DNA of 64,000 nt from the human T2T-CHM13v2.0 reference genome, Homo sapiens, in NCBI RefSeq assembly GCF_009914755.1, contig NC_060945.1. One strand, given 5' to 3'. The position numbers and the translations under genes are program-made. How positions within the stretch are numbered: the first letter of the stretch is position 1; every line of letters starts with the position of its first letter. Below are positions 1 through 13,350 of the stretch, one piece after another. The notes under the pieces are model-generated. The model worked only from the letters and a program-made list of their open reading frames with translations, did not search any database and was not told the DNA's origin.

Positions 1-280
1 GACCCACCTAAAGTTCCATTTTATCATTCGAAAAAAAAGGGTGTGGCTAAGAGATGGGCATAATTAATAAACTGTTTTAGTCTTTTGGCCATTTTAAATG
101 AAACAATTCATGTAATATTTAATATTCTTGTTATTGAAATTATATTACTGTATGTTTTTATATAGTTCTTACAATTGTAATATGTTTCTAAATAGCTTGT
201 GTAATATTGACTAAATTCAATTATTTTAAGTCCACCTTTTAAAAACATGCTATTTGTTTTGTTTTATCTTGGTGTACCAC

Positions 281-649
281 TGATGTTGTTTGGCTCTGTG
301 TTCCCATCCAAATCTCATCTTGTAACTCCCCTAATTCCCACATGTTGTGGGAAGAACTCAGTAGGAGATGACTGAATCATAGGAGTGGGTCTTTCCCGTG
401 CTTTTCTTGTGATAGTCAATGGGCTTCAGGACATCTGATGGCTTTAAACATGGGAGTTTGCCTGCACAAGCTCTCTTTTTGCTTGCCACCATCCACATAA
501 GCTGTGACTTGCTCCTCTGTGCCTTCCACCATGATTGTGAGGCTTCCCCAGTGATGTGGAGCTGTGAGTTCTCCATTAAACCTCTTTCTTTTGTAAATTG
601 CCCAGTCTTGGGTATGTCTTTATCATCAGCATGAAAATGGACTAATACA
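281..649 (+). repeat. THE1 5' LTR
   Basis: Runs TGATGTTGTTTGGCTCTGTG...CCCAGTCTTGGGTATGTCTTTATCATCAGCATGAAAATGGACTAATACA and contains an ATTAAA poly(A)-signal motif. Confidence 0.95.
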
Positions 650-2204
650 GTAAACTAGTACCAGTAGAGTGGGGAGTTGCTGAAAAGATACCAGAAAATG
701 TGGATGTGACTTTGGAACTAAGTAACAGGCAAAGGTTGGAACAGTTTAGAGAGATGAGAAGAAGACAGGAAAATGTAGGAAAGTTTGGAACTCCTAGAGA
801 CTTGTTGAATAGCTTTGACCAAAATACTGATAATAGTATGGTCAATGAAATCCAGGCTGAAGTGGTCTCAGATGGAGATGAGGAATGTGTTGGGAACTGG
901 AACAAAGGTGACACTTGTTATGTTGTAGCGAAGAGACTGGCAGCATTTTGCCCCTGCCCTAGAGATTTGTGGAACTTTGAACTTGAGAGAGATGATTTAG
1001 GGTATCTGGCAGAAGAAATTTCTAAGCAGCAAAGGATTCAAGAGGTGACTAGAGTGCTATTAAAGGCAATCAGTTTTATAAGGGAAGAAGAGCATAAAAC
1101 TGGAAAATTTGAAGCCTGACAATGCGATGGAAAAGAAAATCCCATGTTTTTGAGGAGAAATTCAAGTTAGCTGCAGAAATTTGCATAAGTAATGAGGACC
1201 CAAATGTTAATCCCCAAGACAATGGGGAAAATATCTCCAAGGCATGTCAGAGGTCTTCATGGCAGCCCCTCCCATCACAGGCCTGGAGGCCTAGGAGGAA
1301 AAAGTGGTTTCATGGGTCTTGCCCAGGGTCCCTGTGCTGTGTGCAGCCTAGGGACTTTATGCCACTCTAGCTAAAATGGGCCAAGGTACAGCTCAGGCTG
1401 TTGCTTCAGCTGGTGGAAGCCCCAAGCCTTGGCAGCTTCCATGTGGTTTTGATCCTGCGTGTGTGGAGAAGTCAAGAATTGAGGTTTGGGAACTTCCACC
1501 TTGATTTCAGAAGATGTATGGAAATGCCTGGATGCCCAGGAAGTTTGCTGCAAGGGCAGGGCCCTCATGGAGAATCTCTGCTAGGGCAGTGAGGAAGGGA
1601 AATGTGGGGTTGGAGCCCCCACACAGAGTCCCTACTGGGGCACTGCCTAATGGAGCTGTGAGAAGAGGGCCACCATCCTCCAGACCCCAGAATCGTAGAT
1701 CCACTGACAGCTTGCACTGTGTGCCTGGAAAAGCCACAGACACTCAACACCAGCTTGTGAAAGCAGCCAGGAGGGAGGCTGTACCCTGCAAAGCCACAGG
1801 GGCAGAGCTCTCCAAGACTATGGGAACCTAGGTCTTGCATCAGTGTGACATGGATGTGAGTCATGGAGTCAAGGGAGATCATTTTGGAGCTTTAAGATTT
1901 GACTACCATGCTAGATTTTGGACTCACATGGGACCCGTAGCCCCTTTATTTTGGCCAATTTCTCCCATTTGGAACAGCTGTATTTACCCAAAGCCTGTAC
2001 CCCCATTGTATCTAGGAGGTAAATAACTTCCTTTTGATTTTACAGGCTCATAGGTGGAAGGGACTTGCCTTGTCTCAGATGAGACTTTGGACTGTGGACT
2101 TTTCAGTTAATGCTGAATGAGTAGAGAGTTTGGGAGACTGTTTGGAAGGCATGATTGGTTTTGAAATGTGAAGATATGAGATTTGGGAAGGGCCAGGGGC
2201 AGAA

Positions 2205-2567
2205 TGATATAGTTTGGTTCTGTGTTCCCACCCAAATCTTATTTTGTAACTCCCATAATTCCCATGTGTTACGGGAGGGACCTGGTGGGAGATGATTGAA
2301 TCATGGAGGCAGGTCTTTCCAATGCTGTTCTTGTGATAATGAATGGGTCTCATGAGATCTAATGGCTTTAAAAACAGGAGTTTGCCCGCACAACCTCTCT
2401 TTGCCTGCCACCATCCATGTAAGATATGACTTGCTCCTTGCCTTCCACCATGAGTGTGAGGCTTCCCAGTCACATGGAACTGTGAGTTCTCCATTAAACC
2501 TCTTTCCTTTGTAAATTGCCCAGTCTTGGGCATGTCTTTATCAGCAGCATGAAAATGGACTAATACA
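2205..2567 (+). repeat. THE1 3' LTR
   Basis: TGATATAGTTTGG...GAAAATGGACTAATACA, preceded by a purine-rich tract (GGGAAGGGCCAGGGGCAGAA). Confidence 0.95.
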
Positions 2568-2894
2568 GCCACCCATTTGACTTTTGCTTAACTGGGAAAC
2601 CTGGAAGGTTACAAACTGAAATTTTAGAAACAGTAGCTGAAACCTCGCAGAGGTGCTCCTAGGATCTCTTTCAGTTTCCTACCAGAAAAGTGGGAAATTC
2701 ATACCAATCTGTTGCCCAACTTGTAGCTCTTCTAGTCCAGATGAAGAAAAGTTTCATTCGTCTGTGGATGAAGAAACTTGAGGAATAATTCTATCTACAT
2801 CAAGACTTTTTTTATAATAAATTAAGAATGGGAGCTGTGATTCTGTGGGTAAGCAATCCTTGCTCCCATGCAGGACACTAATTTTTACCTACAT

Positions 2895-3040
2895 TTGCAC
2901 ATCAGAGCTGCCTAGAGAGCCTTTGTGAAATGCATGTGCCCTGGACCTAATCCTGGATGCTTCTGTAGGCCTGGAGAGGGGCTGTGCCATGTGCATTTTT
3001 ACAGGACTTGGAGGTCATGCTGATGTATTTTCTGGATCAG
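2895..3040. mobile_element. Degenerate MER5-like (hAT-Charlie) DNA transposon remnant
   Basis: GCACATCAGAGCTGCCTAGAGAGC...TGTGCATTTTTACAGG...GGTCATGCTGATG resembles the recalled MER5 internal pattern. Confidence 0.55.
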
Positions 3041-4129
3041 TAACAACAAACCAGGGCTTTCTTCTCACAGTCATGCTGTAAGACCCACTAATATTTGAAG
3101 GATTCATTGTTGGACAAAATGTCCAGAGACCCCATTCTCTAGAAAAGTGACCTGCTTCCCTGTGAGCTTTGGATGTAGATTGACTTAGCTTGGCCTGCCT
3201 GTCTTCATATTTTTACCTATGATTCAGATGTTAAAAAAAATTAAAGCCCTAAATTTCTTGCCCATGTTTAAATAATATTTCAAAGGTAATTTTTATAACA
3301 TAAAATATCTCCAACTTCTAGTTCAAAATATTTTGAAAGATTATTGTTTAAGTAATACATATTAACATACCCTGTATGCTTCTTTGAGAAATAATTTAGA
3401 GAGTATTTTCTAAAGGCAATAATAAGAAAACCAATAGTCATAAATAAATAAATAGTAAACACATAATAATCATAGGCATACAGCATTTTCATATCTGGTG
3501 TCTAACCCACTTGACTATAGGTACCTTGAAGCTCATAAATATTTTCATTAACATATGATGTATCGGCTGCGTATTTAAAATGGCATAGAAATGAACTATT
3601 TTCAAATTAATATTTTATTCATACAAGGAACAGACCATAGCCTTTCTTTTATTTATTCCATAAACATGAGAAAAATGTTTTTCTTCTTGCTTATATAGAC
3701 ACTGTATTAGAATACATTCTAATATATATTATGTGTATATGTGTGTATGTATGTATGTAAGATGCTATTGAAATGACTCCCATATCTATGTTCACCTGAA
3801 AAGCTCTTAATTGTGAAACCCAAGGGGCATATGTAGTCTTTACTTTATTGGACTTCTTCGACGTGTTTGACTTGGTCTGCCACCCTGTTTGAAATTCCCA
3901 TGGCTTCTGTGAGTCTCTCCACTCTTTTCCTTCTAATCTTTCATCATTGCTCCTCTCTGTCTTCTTCAAGGGCTGCTTTCTCCTATGAACGATTTATTAT
4001 TTATCATTCTGGGATTCCTTATCCCCTCATTCTGAATACAGGTTTTAGCTGAGCAAATCAATTCCGTCATTTCAACTCTTGCTAGTATGCTGCTATTTCT
4101 CCCAATTTTTGTCTCCAACAAAATGACTT

Positions 4130-5275
4130 CGTACCTGAGCCACATGGCCATTTCCTCTAGGTAGCTCTACTAGTATATCTTAAATCTCAAAGCCATACCT
4201 CAGCATTTTCTTCTTCAAGTTTATGGTTACTCTTATGCTGGCTCTCCTAGGTGATGACTTCAGAATGAGCCAATTTACCAAGCTGATATTTAGGAGTCAT
4301 CTATGACTCCTCCTTAAGCCTCATTACCCATATCTGACTTTTTCCAATATAGCTTCCTAAATATTTCTTGAAAATTTCCCTCCTCTCCCTGTGTATTTCC
4401 ACTGCCTTGTTTAGGACTCTCATCATCTGCCTTCTGAGCTACTACAAAGGCCTCTTATTTTTTTCTCCATTCCAACTCTTGCCTTTTCTATAATCTATAT
4501 TAAAGAAAAATCTTGGCATAGTAATTCAAACATACACTGAAAGTCCACCATCCCTGTATGGCAAAAATAGCACATATAGCATCAATGTCATGACTCCCTA
4601 TTTTTGTATCTATGAAAAATATTACTAATTAATTAAAATATTCTATTTTGTTGTTTTAATATTTATTTAGAAAGATTCTAAGGAATTCTCAAAACAGAAG
4701 CCACCCAATCACATCATGTAAGATTTGGCAAATAAGAGTAAATGCATTTGCCATATTGATTAGGATAAACCCCATAGTGCAGCACTGTGTCATCCATGAT
4801 CTTACCTTGGTCCGATTTTCCTGCTTTGTCTCCAGCCATTCCCTGCATCATATTCTGTGAAACACTTTGGTGACAGCAGTTTCTTGCTTACACCATGCTG
4901 TTTCTTCTTTCCGGGCTTTTACTTATATTGCTCCCTTTGTTTGGAGGCTTTCTCCTTACACTCCTACCTTTTTGCCAATGCCAATTCCAATTAATTTTTA
5001 CCTGTGTCGAAAAGAGTCAGCCCAGTTCTCACCCTTTTCTTGAGTCCAGCCAAAGATTATGACTCTAGTCCATATTCCTGTAATAATCTATGCATATCTC
5101 TATCAATTCCTGTTATTGTTCTTAGTATATCTATACTTAGTCATTTTTCCACTTATGTGTTTGTTTAGCCTACTGATAGACACTGAGAAACACAATTTTA
5201 TTAGTCTAGCAATTTTCAGACAACTTATATAGTAACTAGCACATCAGCAAGCACTGTATAAGATGAGTCAATTAA
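4130..5275 (+). mobile_element. L2 fragments (3' region)
   Basis: CT-rich L2-type motifs (CTTCCTAAATATTTCTTGAA...CTCTCATCATCTGCCTT...CTACTACAAAGGCCTCTT) and a degenerate L2 3' terminus near 5235-5275. Confidence 0.6.
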
Positions 5276-5862
5276 CTTTGAAAGTATTGCTGCACATGTA
5301 AAATATCAGATTTATTTAGGAGAGGTATTTATTTGTCTTTTCCTAAAGCACAGTTCACAAACTTCTATCATGCACTCTTCAGGCAATCCAGTCTTCCCTT
5401 AATCCACATAATTAATTTACATTGCTAGGCTGCTGTGGGAATTTAAGTTTTAAACTCCTGTGTAAAGCATAGAAATACTAAATACATTTTCTGATGAAAA
5501 TGATGTGTTTTAAAAAATAAGAATAGTTAAAGACTGTAGAGAAAACCAGCTTTTTTTGGGAAATTGTTCCCAAACACCTAAATTCTGTTTTCTTTTGTCA
5601 TGAATTATTACTATATATTATATATTAAAGCCATGTATACTTTATATTTATTTTCCTTCCCAATGTTTAAAAAACACATATTCACTGTATATACTATTGA
5701 TTCACCACAGAGATATGCTTTGGTTTTATATGGTTGAGAAATATCTAATAAAAGTGTTTCAAAATTGTTTATACTGTAATTCATACTACTTTTCTGGTCT
5801 TCTTAGTCATAAACCAAAGACATGATTCGCAGATTTAAAAGTAGATATAATATCTCTATATG

Positions 5863-6187
<325 letters not shown>

Positions 6188-6987
6188 CTATATGTCCTGG
6201 AGAAATTTGCTGTTAAAATTTATTCTTATATATCAATATGTTTTAGAGTCCTTAGGTTCTAAAACTTTTTTCTCAGTTTTCTTGAATTTTACTCATTTGG
6301 TTTTTATAAACCTAAACAGAAATAATTATATGCTGGTAAAAGGATTTCCGTATTGTCCGAGTCTCAATTATCAATCAAGGTGTGTATATGTGCATGTTGT
6401 GTATGTGTGAGTACACATTGTTTGAAAGAAATGTAAGAAGAAAGAAGCCAAAAGAAAAAGGGCTCAGTGTCAAAATATAAATGCTCTGTAATGTGATCCA
6501 ATAATATGAAAATTTGAGCAGGAACTTATATGAGCAGGATCCCATATTTTTCATGAAATTTTTTGAGAATCATGAGACAGCAATTTGAAATATTTGTACT
6601 TGATTCCCTGAAACATCAGTAAATAGCACAAAGTAGTCTTCTCTTAGGTGCCTGAATATAATTTGGTGACTACTAGATTTAGAAGGTGTTGAAATAAATT
6701 TTTTTGCCTTAAAATACGAAATACTGTGTGAACTGGTCTACTCATAGAGATGAATGGAAAGCTCCCCAGAAGTATAATAAAAAATTATGCGGAAAAGTAG
6801 TCATGTGGTAAACAGAAATAGTACCTTGTTATCCTTGTTTCAGGTTAGCCAGACACATGAATTTCATCTGTAGGAAAATGGAGAAAAAATATCTGGCCAT
6901 GGGTTTGACTGATTCCTGTTCTTATTAAGTATGTATCTTCATGTGAGAGAGAAGAGACAGGAATCATTTCTTATATATTACAGCTTA

Positions 6988-7280
6988 ATTCACTCATCCG
7001 CTAGTGTTTCCTGAGCACTTTACACATGCCAGGAATAATAAACACAGAATTGACCACTTTTGTAGAGCTTATAGTCTAGTGGCAGAAGAGGCAGATTATT
7101 CAGTACCCACACAAACAAAAGTAAAATTTTTACTGTCACAATTGCTGAGAAGTGCACAGTAAACAGTGAATAATCAGGGTGGTGGGGAAGGCCTGTCTAA
7201 GGAGGAAACACTTTGGTTGAAATCTGGAGGATGGGTGGACGTTAACCAGGCAACAAAAGGAAAGACAGCTGTGCAGTAAC
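6988..7280 (-). mobile_element. L2 fragment
   Basis: TTCACTCATCC...CTGAGCACTTTACACATGCCAGG...GAGCTTATAGTCTAGT...GGGAAGGCCTGTCTAAGGAGG is an antisense L2 3' pattern. Confidence 0.65.
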
Positions 7281-7831
7281 TTTATTACGGATACACACTT
7301 TCTTAGAAAGTTAAAAGCTACATATACAAAGCACATATGCTGACTTCAGACCGTTGTTGGTATTTGCGTGGGATAGAGGGGAAAGGGAATGCATTGGGTG
7401 AAACTTTGGTTGTAGTAAGACATTTATTCAGCTTGCAGCTTACATTCTGGAAAGTCAGCCAGATAAACATTTTATCATTTAGCAAATACGTAACATAGAC
7501 AGCAATAAACGATACAAAAAATAGTAAAGCAGAATAAGAAAATGAAAGGTTAGGAGTGATGTCGTTTTAGATTGACTGTTAAAGGAAGTCCTTTCTGAGA
7601 AGTTACCTGAATGAAGTGAGATAGTAAATAATGAGCTAGGTTCTTTTAGCTTTTTTTAAGAGATAGAGAAAAAGATAATGAAAGCGAGCATGGCAAAATG
7701 GTAATACCTATTCTAGATTTCATACTTACAGCCTATTTTTTTTTATTATTTTTGACTCTTCTGAGCTTTTGCATTTTGAAGTATTTAAAAAGTAATTTTA
7801 TAATGCATATGTTTGTGACCACTTGGGGCCA

Positions 7832-7935
7832 CATTCAGCCTAGATGAGCGATTGAGGAGTAGGCTAGGACTTTGTGTAGTTGTGTTTGGTTGAGTCCGCC
7901 TCAGCCGCCTATTAGGATGGATAATATTGCTATAG
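7832..7935 (-). pseudogene. MT-ND2: NUMT: nuclear copy of a mitochondrial ND2 fragment
   Basis: Reverse complement translates in the vertebrate mitochondrial code, without indels, to [34 protein letters not shown] (TGA=Trp twice). This matches the conserved ND2 motif [19 protein letters not shown].GW. Confidence 0.93.
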
Positions 7936-8019
7936 ACAGAGGGAAGCTGGTGTCTGTTAGGTCCTGAAAGAATCCAGTTCGGCATTGACAGGTAAGAGTT
8001 ACATGTGAGAGGAAACTAA

Positions 8020-8160
8020 AGAATTGGGTAGGCAGTAAGCCAGCAGGTCCTTGTAGATTGTTAAGAAGTTCAGTCTCTTTTCTAGGAGCAATGGGAAGAT
8101 GTTGAATGGTTTTTCTTGCAGGGGTAAAAGTGATATGATTGGTTTTGCATTGAAGAATTT
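8020..8160 (-). mobile_element. L2 fragment
   Basis: GAGCAATGGGAAGATGTTGAATGGTTTT...GTGATATGATTGGTTTTGCATT is typical of antisense L2. Confidence 0.6.
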
Positions 8161-10027
8161 AACATTTTCCATTCATTCAAGAAATTTTAAGCTTGCAGCT
8201 ACCATTTGTCAGGTTCTGTTCCAAATATGTGGACATATATTTGTAAAAAACCAGATAGGCCTTTACACTCAGAAAACTCGAAGTGCAAAGGTAGGTGAAG
8301 TTTTTGCTGTCATCTATGGATGAACTTACTAGCTAAATATTTTGAGATCTCCTTATAAGCTGCTTTGCACCTTCAACAACCCATATAATTATCACCTTTG
8401 ACAAAGATTGGGCAACCATCTTCATTCTAATGACTGAGAATTTTGATAACTCACTAGTTTGTTCATTGTGAGAAAAATCTTTTTGTGTGTGTGTAAAGTG
8501 GTTTCTTATATTGTTTTGTCTGTTTCCTATTGTATCTGCAATGGTTATGTGATTCTTTTCCAAGTTTAAGGATTCTAATATTTTAAGGTCAAGAAGGCCT
8601 GGGCCAAGGACAGAAGAGCCACATGAGTTGCATGTTCATTACTAAAGCCGAGCCAAAAAACACAGTCCTTCAGAGTGTCATTCGAGAACTGGAATTTTCA
8701 GCACTTGCCAAAAAGAGCATTTAAAATTCAAGTATTAGTGATAGGTATCCTTTTAATATTTTGGAGGTAGTCTGTATCTTCTGTACAAGAAACGTGTTCT
8801 AAGTGATTAGTTATTATTGGGGACTTGGAAGAAGTGATAAAGATCCATTCTCAATGAGGAAACATGAGCATAGTTAATGCCATCCAGTTTAAAAGATTGG
8901 CTTAGTAATTTCCTTTGAGCAGTTCCCTCCGATATTTCCCATTCATTTGACTTCATTCTCCTGGAGTTTTGTCATTTTCCACAAAACTTAATTGATCTAT
9001 CTTTAGAGACAAATGAGGTCCATTGTTTGCCGTGGAGACAATGTGGATGGTAGTCAAATTTGATTATTGACTCTTTCTCTTTAGTTACATAGAAAATGGG
9101 ACTACCAGGTTACTCTAGTATCTCAGTGGTTTATCGGACCTAAGTTGGTAGCAACTAAAATTTTATGTAAGTACTTCAAATTGCTCCCTATATTTATTGT
9201 AAAACAAAAGCAGTTATCTTAATATACGGCTCTTCTAACATTCAGTTTATCATATAATGAAAAAAGATGTTAGTGCTCAGACCGTAGTATCTATCAATGA
9301 ATTCTGAAAAAGAAGAAAAAAGCCAGTAAGTATTTATGCTTTTCTTAATTACCAGTTTGATAACTGCAGGCAGATAAATCTTCTTCGTTTTTATAGCCAA
9401 GTAATTAAATGTTTTTACAACAAATCTGGCGTGCCAAATAAAGACAAAATTGTTTTTAAAATTTAAAAGAAATGTTAGTTTTCAAGGGATAATATATAAA
9501 TTTAGGAGTCAATTTAGAGCTTAATATTCCTTTGAGTTTATCTTTCATTTTACATTACTAAATTTCTTTTTAGTTATAAATATTAGTATTTATATTTTAA
9601 AATTATATATTTATACAATAATATAGATGTTTGCTTTTAAGATAACCATGGGTGATAGAAACAACAAATCATATATATCTTTGCAAATGCCAGAACATTA
9701 GCAGAATTGTACCAAGTTGAATTATATCAAGTCTAGCACTGGTAGAATTACATTGAGGACAACTTTATGTGTTCCCAAATTAGAATTGATTAAGTTGGTT
9801 TGTTTGATTTTTTTGTGTAAAGTGGTTTCTTATATTGTAAAGGAAGAGTTAAATGAGCTTATGAGAGATAAAGAGTGAAAATGCTAATTTTAGAAAATGC
9901 AAGAACTTGATTTTCAATTCTTTTATTTGTTATTACAAAGGTTCAACCCCAAGGGAAAAACAGGATTGAGTGTCTCATTCGGAGAGGCTTTGCCTCACTT
10001 TTCTGTTTGAAAATGGCGGAGCTGGGG

Positions 10028-10170
10028 AACTGGGCTTGAGAGTGACAGGGACCCAGGTCAAAACTCTGCTGTTCTCCTTTACAATCTTTGTCATGTTAGG
10101 AAGTTACTTAATTCTCTTAAGTATCTGTTTCCTTATCTATAAAATGGAAATAATACTTACAAGTTTTAAC
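10028..10170 (+). mobile_element. MIR
   Basis: MIR core AAGTTACTTAATTCTCTTAAGTATCTGTTTCCTTATCTATAAAATGGAAATAATAC. Confidence 0.75.
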
Positions 10171-10258
10171 TAGTATATGTAAGTGTCGTTAAGTGTCCAA
10201 AACTCAGTGAAGCTTATTATGCTATGAAACTTTTCCAGTCCTTTCTCTAATCACTGTG

Positions 10259-10566
10259 TTTATTTTACTTTTTAAATTTTTTATTCTTAATTTTATGACT
10301 ATATAGTAGCTATACATATTTATGGGGTACATAAGATACTTTGATAAAGGAATATAATGCATAATAATCACATTAGGGTAAATGAGGTGTCTATCGCCTC
10401 AAGAATTTATCATTTGTGTTACAAACATTCCAATTATATTATTTTAGTTATTTTTAAAGGTACAATAAATCTGTGTTAACTATAATCACACAATTATGCT
10501 ATCAACTACTAGATCTTATTCATTCTAACTATATTTTTGTACCCATGAACCAGCCCCATATTCCCC
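10259..10566 (-). mobile_element. L1MA 3'-end fragment (5'-truncated)
   Basis: L1MA 3'UTR motifs (TATTTATGGGGTACAT, CCTCAAGAATTTATCATTTGTGTTACAAACATTCCAATTA). Flanking duplication ATCACTGTG at 10250-10258 and 10567-10575. Confidence 0.85.
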
Positions 10567-10619
10567 ATCACTGTGGGTTTGTTTTTAGATATTTACCTAT
10601 AGTATTTGATCAGATATTT

Positions 10620-10753
10620 AATTTAATATTTTAAATAGAGATGGGATCTCACTATGCTGCCCAAACTCATCTCAAACTCCTGGGCTCAAACAATCTTCCC
10701 ACTGTGGCCTTCCAAAGTGCTGAGATTACAGGTGTGAGCCACCGTGCTCCCCC
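10620..10753 (-). mobile_element. FLAM_C-like Alu monomer
   Basis: Single left-arm-like monomer. TSD ATCAGATATTT at 10609-10619 and 10754-10764. Confidence 0.85.
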
Positions 10754-13122
10754 ATCAGATATTTTGCAATCAAGCATGTGTTAAAAATTTTGCAAAGTGT
10801 CTGTTGTTATCCATTTCACAGAAAGATCAGATGGTGACATAAAGGAGAATCTCAGGTCCAAATGTCCAAAATAGCAGAAGCAAGGTGATAATTGATAGCC
10901 TTTAGGAAGCATTATGACCTCGTATTTTGTTCTTTTCCTTCGTAATCTTCCTAGTTCTTCTAAAAATGTGATCCCAACCCCTCACTTCCATATTTGCCTG
11001 TATTATTTCTTTTCATAGCACTTCACCACCATTGATGGTACATATTTATTTATCAATTTATTACTTTTGGTAGTATATAACGTCTGTAAAGCAAGAGTTT
11101 GTTATTTTGTATGTAGTCTTCTCTTAATAAAAATTATTAATTATTTTGTATTTTCCATGATATAATTTGGGATAATTTTTAGAAATGAAATATCATACAT
11201 TCCATTAATTGCGGTCAAAAGAAAATGCATTTAAAGAGGATATATGCATGTGTGTTTTTCAACAAGTAAGGTTAAACTTACTTTGTAACGTATAAAATAA
11301 ACATAGCTAAAAACTATACTAAAAGTGTGATTTTAAAACTGTGATTTAAAAATACAGCACATTTTACTTAAATGGAGATTTTTGTTCTAGAAAGATATTG
11401 AACATGACAATCTGACAATCTGTCCTTGGGACACTGTCACTGCTATTCTCAGATCAGCTGACGAGACCTCAGCTGGGCCTCTGCAAGTTGCTTAAGAACA
11501 CTTCTAGAACCATCCTAATGGGCATGTTCCAACTGTCACTTGGAAAAAAATGATCACTTGAGATCAATCTGTACAGCAGGTCTTCTGGCAGAAAACCAGT
11601 CATATCATTCTCTCCAAAAGAGGCTTTGTGGGGAAAAGGCCTTATCACATTCCTTGGACATGAAGTTACTGTTGGAACCATGCTCGTCTCAAACCATTCT
11701 ATCACCATGCCAAAAAGCTGCAGCTTCTGAAAGGTCAGAAATGGCCTTATAATGACTTAGACCATCTTATGATTGTTAGGAAGTGAAGATAGTTATAATA
11801 CTATAAAAGCTTTGGGTCTTTTACCCTTTCATGAGCAGAAACTGTGTGTTATTAACTAAACCACAACTTCCTGATATAAATATCAGAGAGACCAAAGCTA
11901 GGAGACTAATATTAACTCTAATCCTATCCTGGACTTGGATTCAGAGTGTAGAATTGGGTTATTCAAATTGTAGAATATTAAAGAGAAAATGGAGTGCACA
12001 AAAGGCTAAGAGGAAAAAATATATATTTCTTATGAACAAAAATTCACAATTGTTGCATATGCATTGTTAATAATGTGGGGAAATTTATATTTTTTAATTA
12101 AGCTTTATTTTTTAACCTGGTGTTTATTCTTCTGCATTAATTAAATAGAAGAATATATGTTTTGAATTTTAAAATATACTGCTAGTAGGCATTACTTGAT
12201 TTGAATCATGAAGAGGAGCTGGGAGGTGAATCTCAAAACTGAAAAATTGGAGCATTTCAATAATCCTCATTTTTAAAGTGGCAATGCCAAGCTTTGCAGA
12301 AAATCAAAAGAAAGCATGTGCTGTGATAATAAAATTAGACTTTACTCATAAATATTATAGTGCACATCTTAATTCCTTTATGCATCTGTAAAATAAGTGG
12401 ACTTATCTAGACAATCAAAAAGTTTTTAACTCAGTTAACCTACGAATGATAATATATTTAAAAATACTGTTTTAATAAACATGTTAACTATAATTTCCTA
12501 TGTATTCATTATAAAGAGTATGTTTGTTTTGTGTCAAAGGTGCATAGTATAGACATTGTAATATTGTTTATTTGCTCCTATGCACTTTTGTAAAAATGCT
12601 AAGGTCTATTTTGTCCCTATTCTTCAACTGTGAGCAACTTGCTTTCCTTGTAGAATATCAACTTCTTATGACCGCTTATCCTGATGAAAAAGCTAAAGCT
12701 TTTTGTAATGAAAGATAGAATACAGTTGCACGATATTTTAAATTCTTTTGATTGTTCAAACGTTGATTTTCTAAACTAGGAGATTGTTAATTTTTTAAAT
12801 AGGACATTGTTTTGAAGATACTTTTGGTTGCATCTTCATAAACAATTCTCTCTTCAGTGAAAGAGAAAGGGAGCAGAGAACAAGAAGAGAGTTTCTAAGT
12901 AATTTATATAACAAACTAGTAATTTGATTTATCTCTTTGTCCTTCAACTGTCTGCAAAATCTTGCCTTCCACATTCTGCTAATCTTGTCTTAAATTGGTA
13001 GTCACTTACACCATGTATGTCACTTTGAAACTTGCAGGTGTGTTTATTTTCCATCATCTTTATTTTGGAGATAGTGAAAAAGCCAAAAATCTCACCTCCA
13101 ATTAAGAAAAATATTCTTCTAA

Positions 13123-13350
<228 letters not shown>

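Larger units (their letters stand above)
281..2567 (+). mobile_element. Full-length THE1 (ERVL-MaLR, THE1B-like) provirus: LTR-internal-LTR
   Basis: Two homologous ~365-bp TG...CA LTRs (281-649, 2205-2567) ending GGACTAATACA flank a 1555-bp THE1 internal region. 5-bp target duplication ACCAC (276-280) / GCCAC (2568-2572). Confidence 0.95.

Noticed and set aside
700-2026. ORFs of 60-139 aa in the THE1 interior
   Set aside because: Fragments of the decayed MaLR internal ORF, broken by stops and frameshifts; not a host gene.
7785-7985. 66-aa minus-strand ORF
   Set aside because: Off-frame standard-code reading across the ND2 NUMT.
7961-7997. Possible 31-nt exon (TTAG|...CAG|GTAAGA) beside the NUMT
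   Set aside because: Weak pyrimidine tract and no other support.
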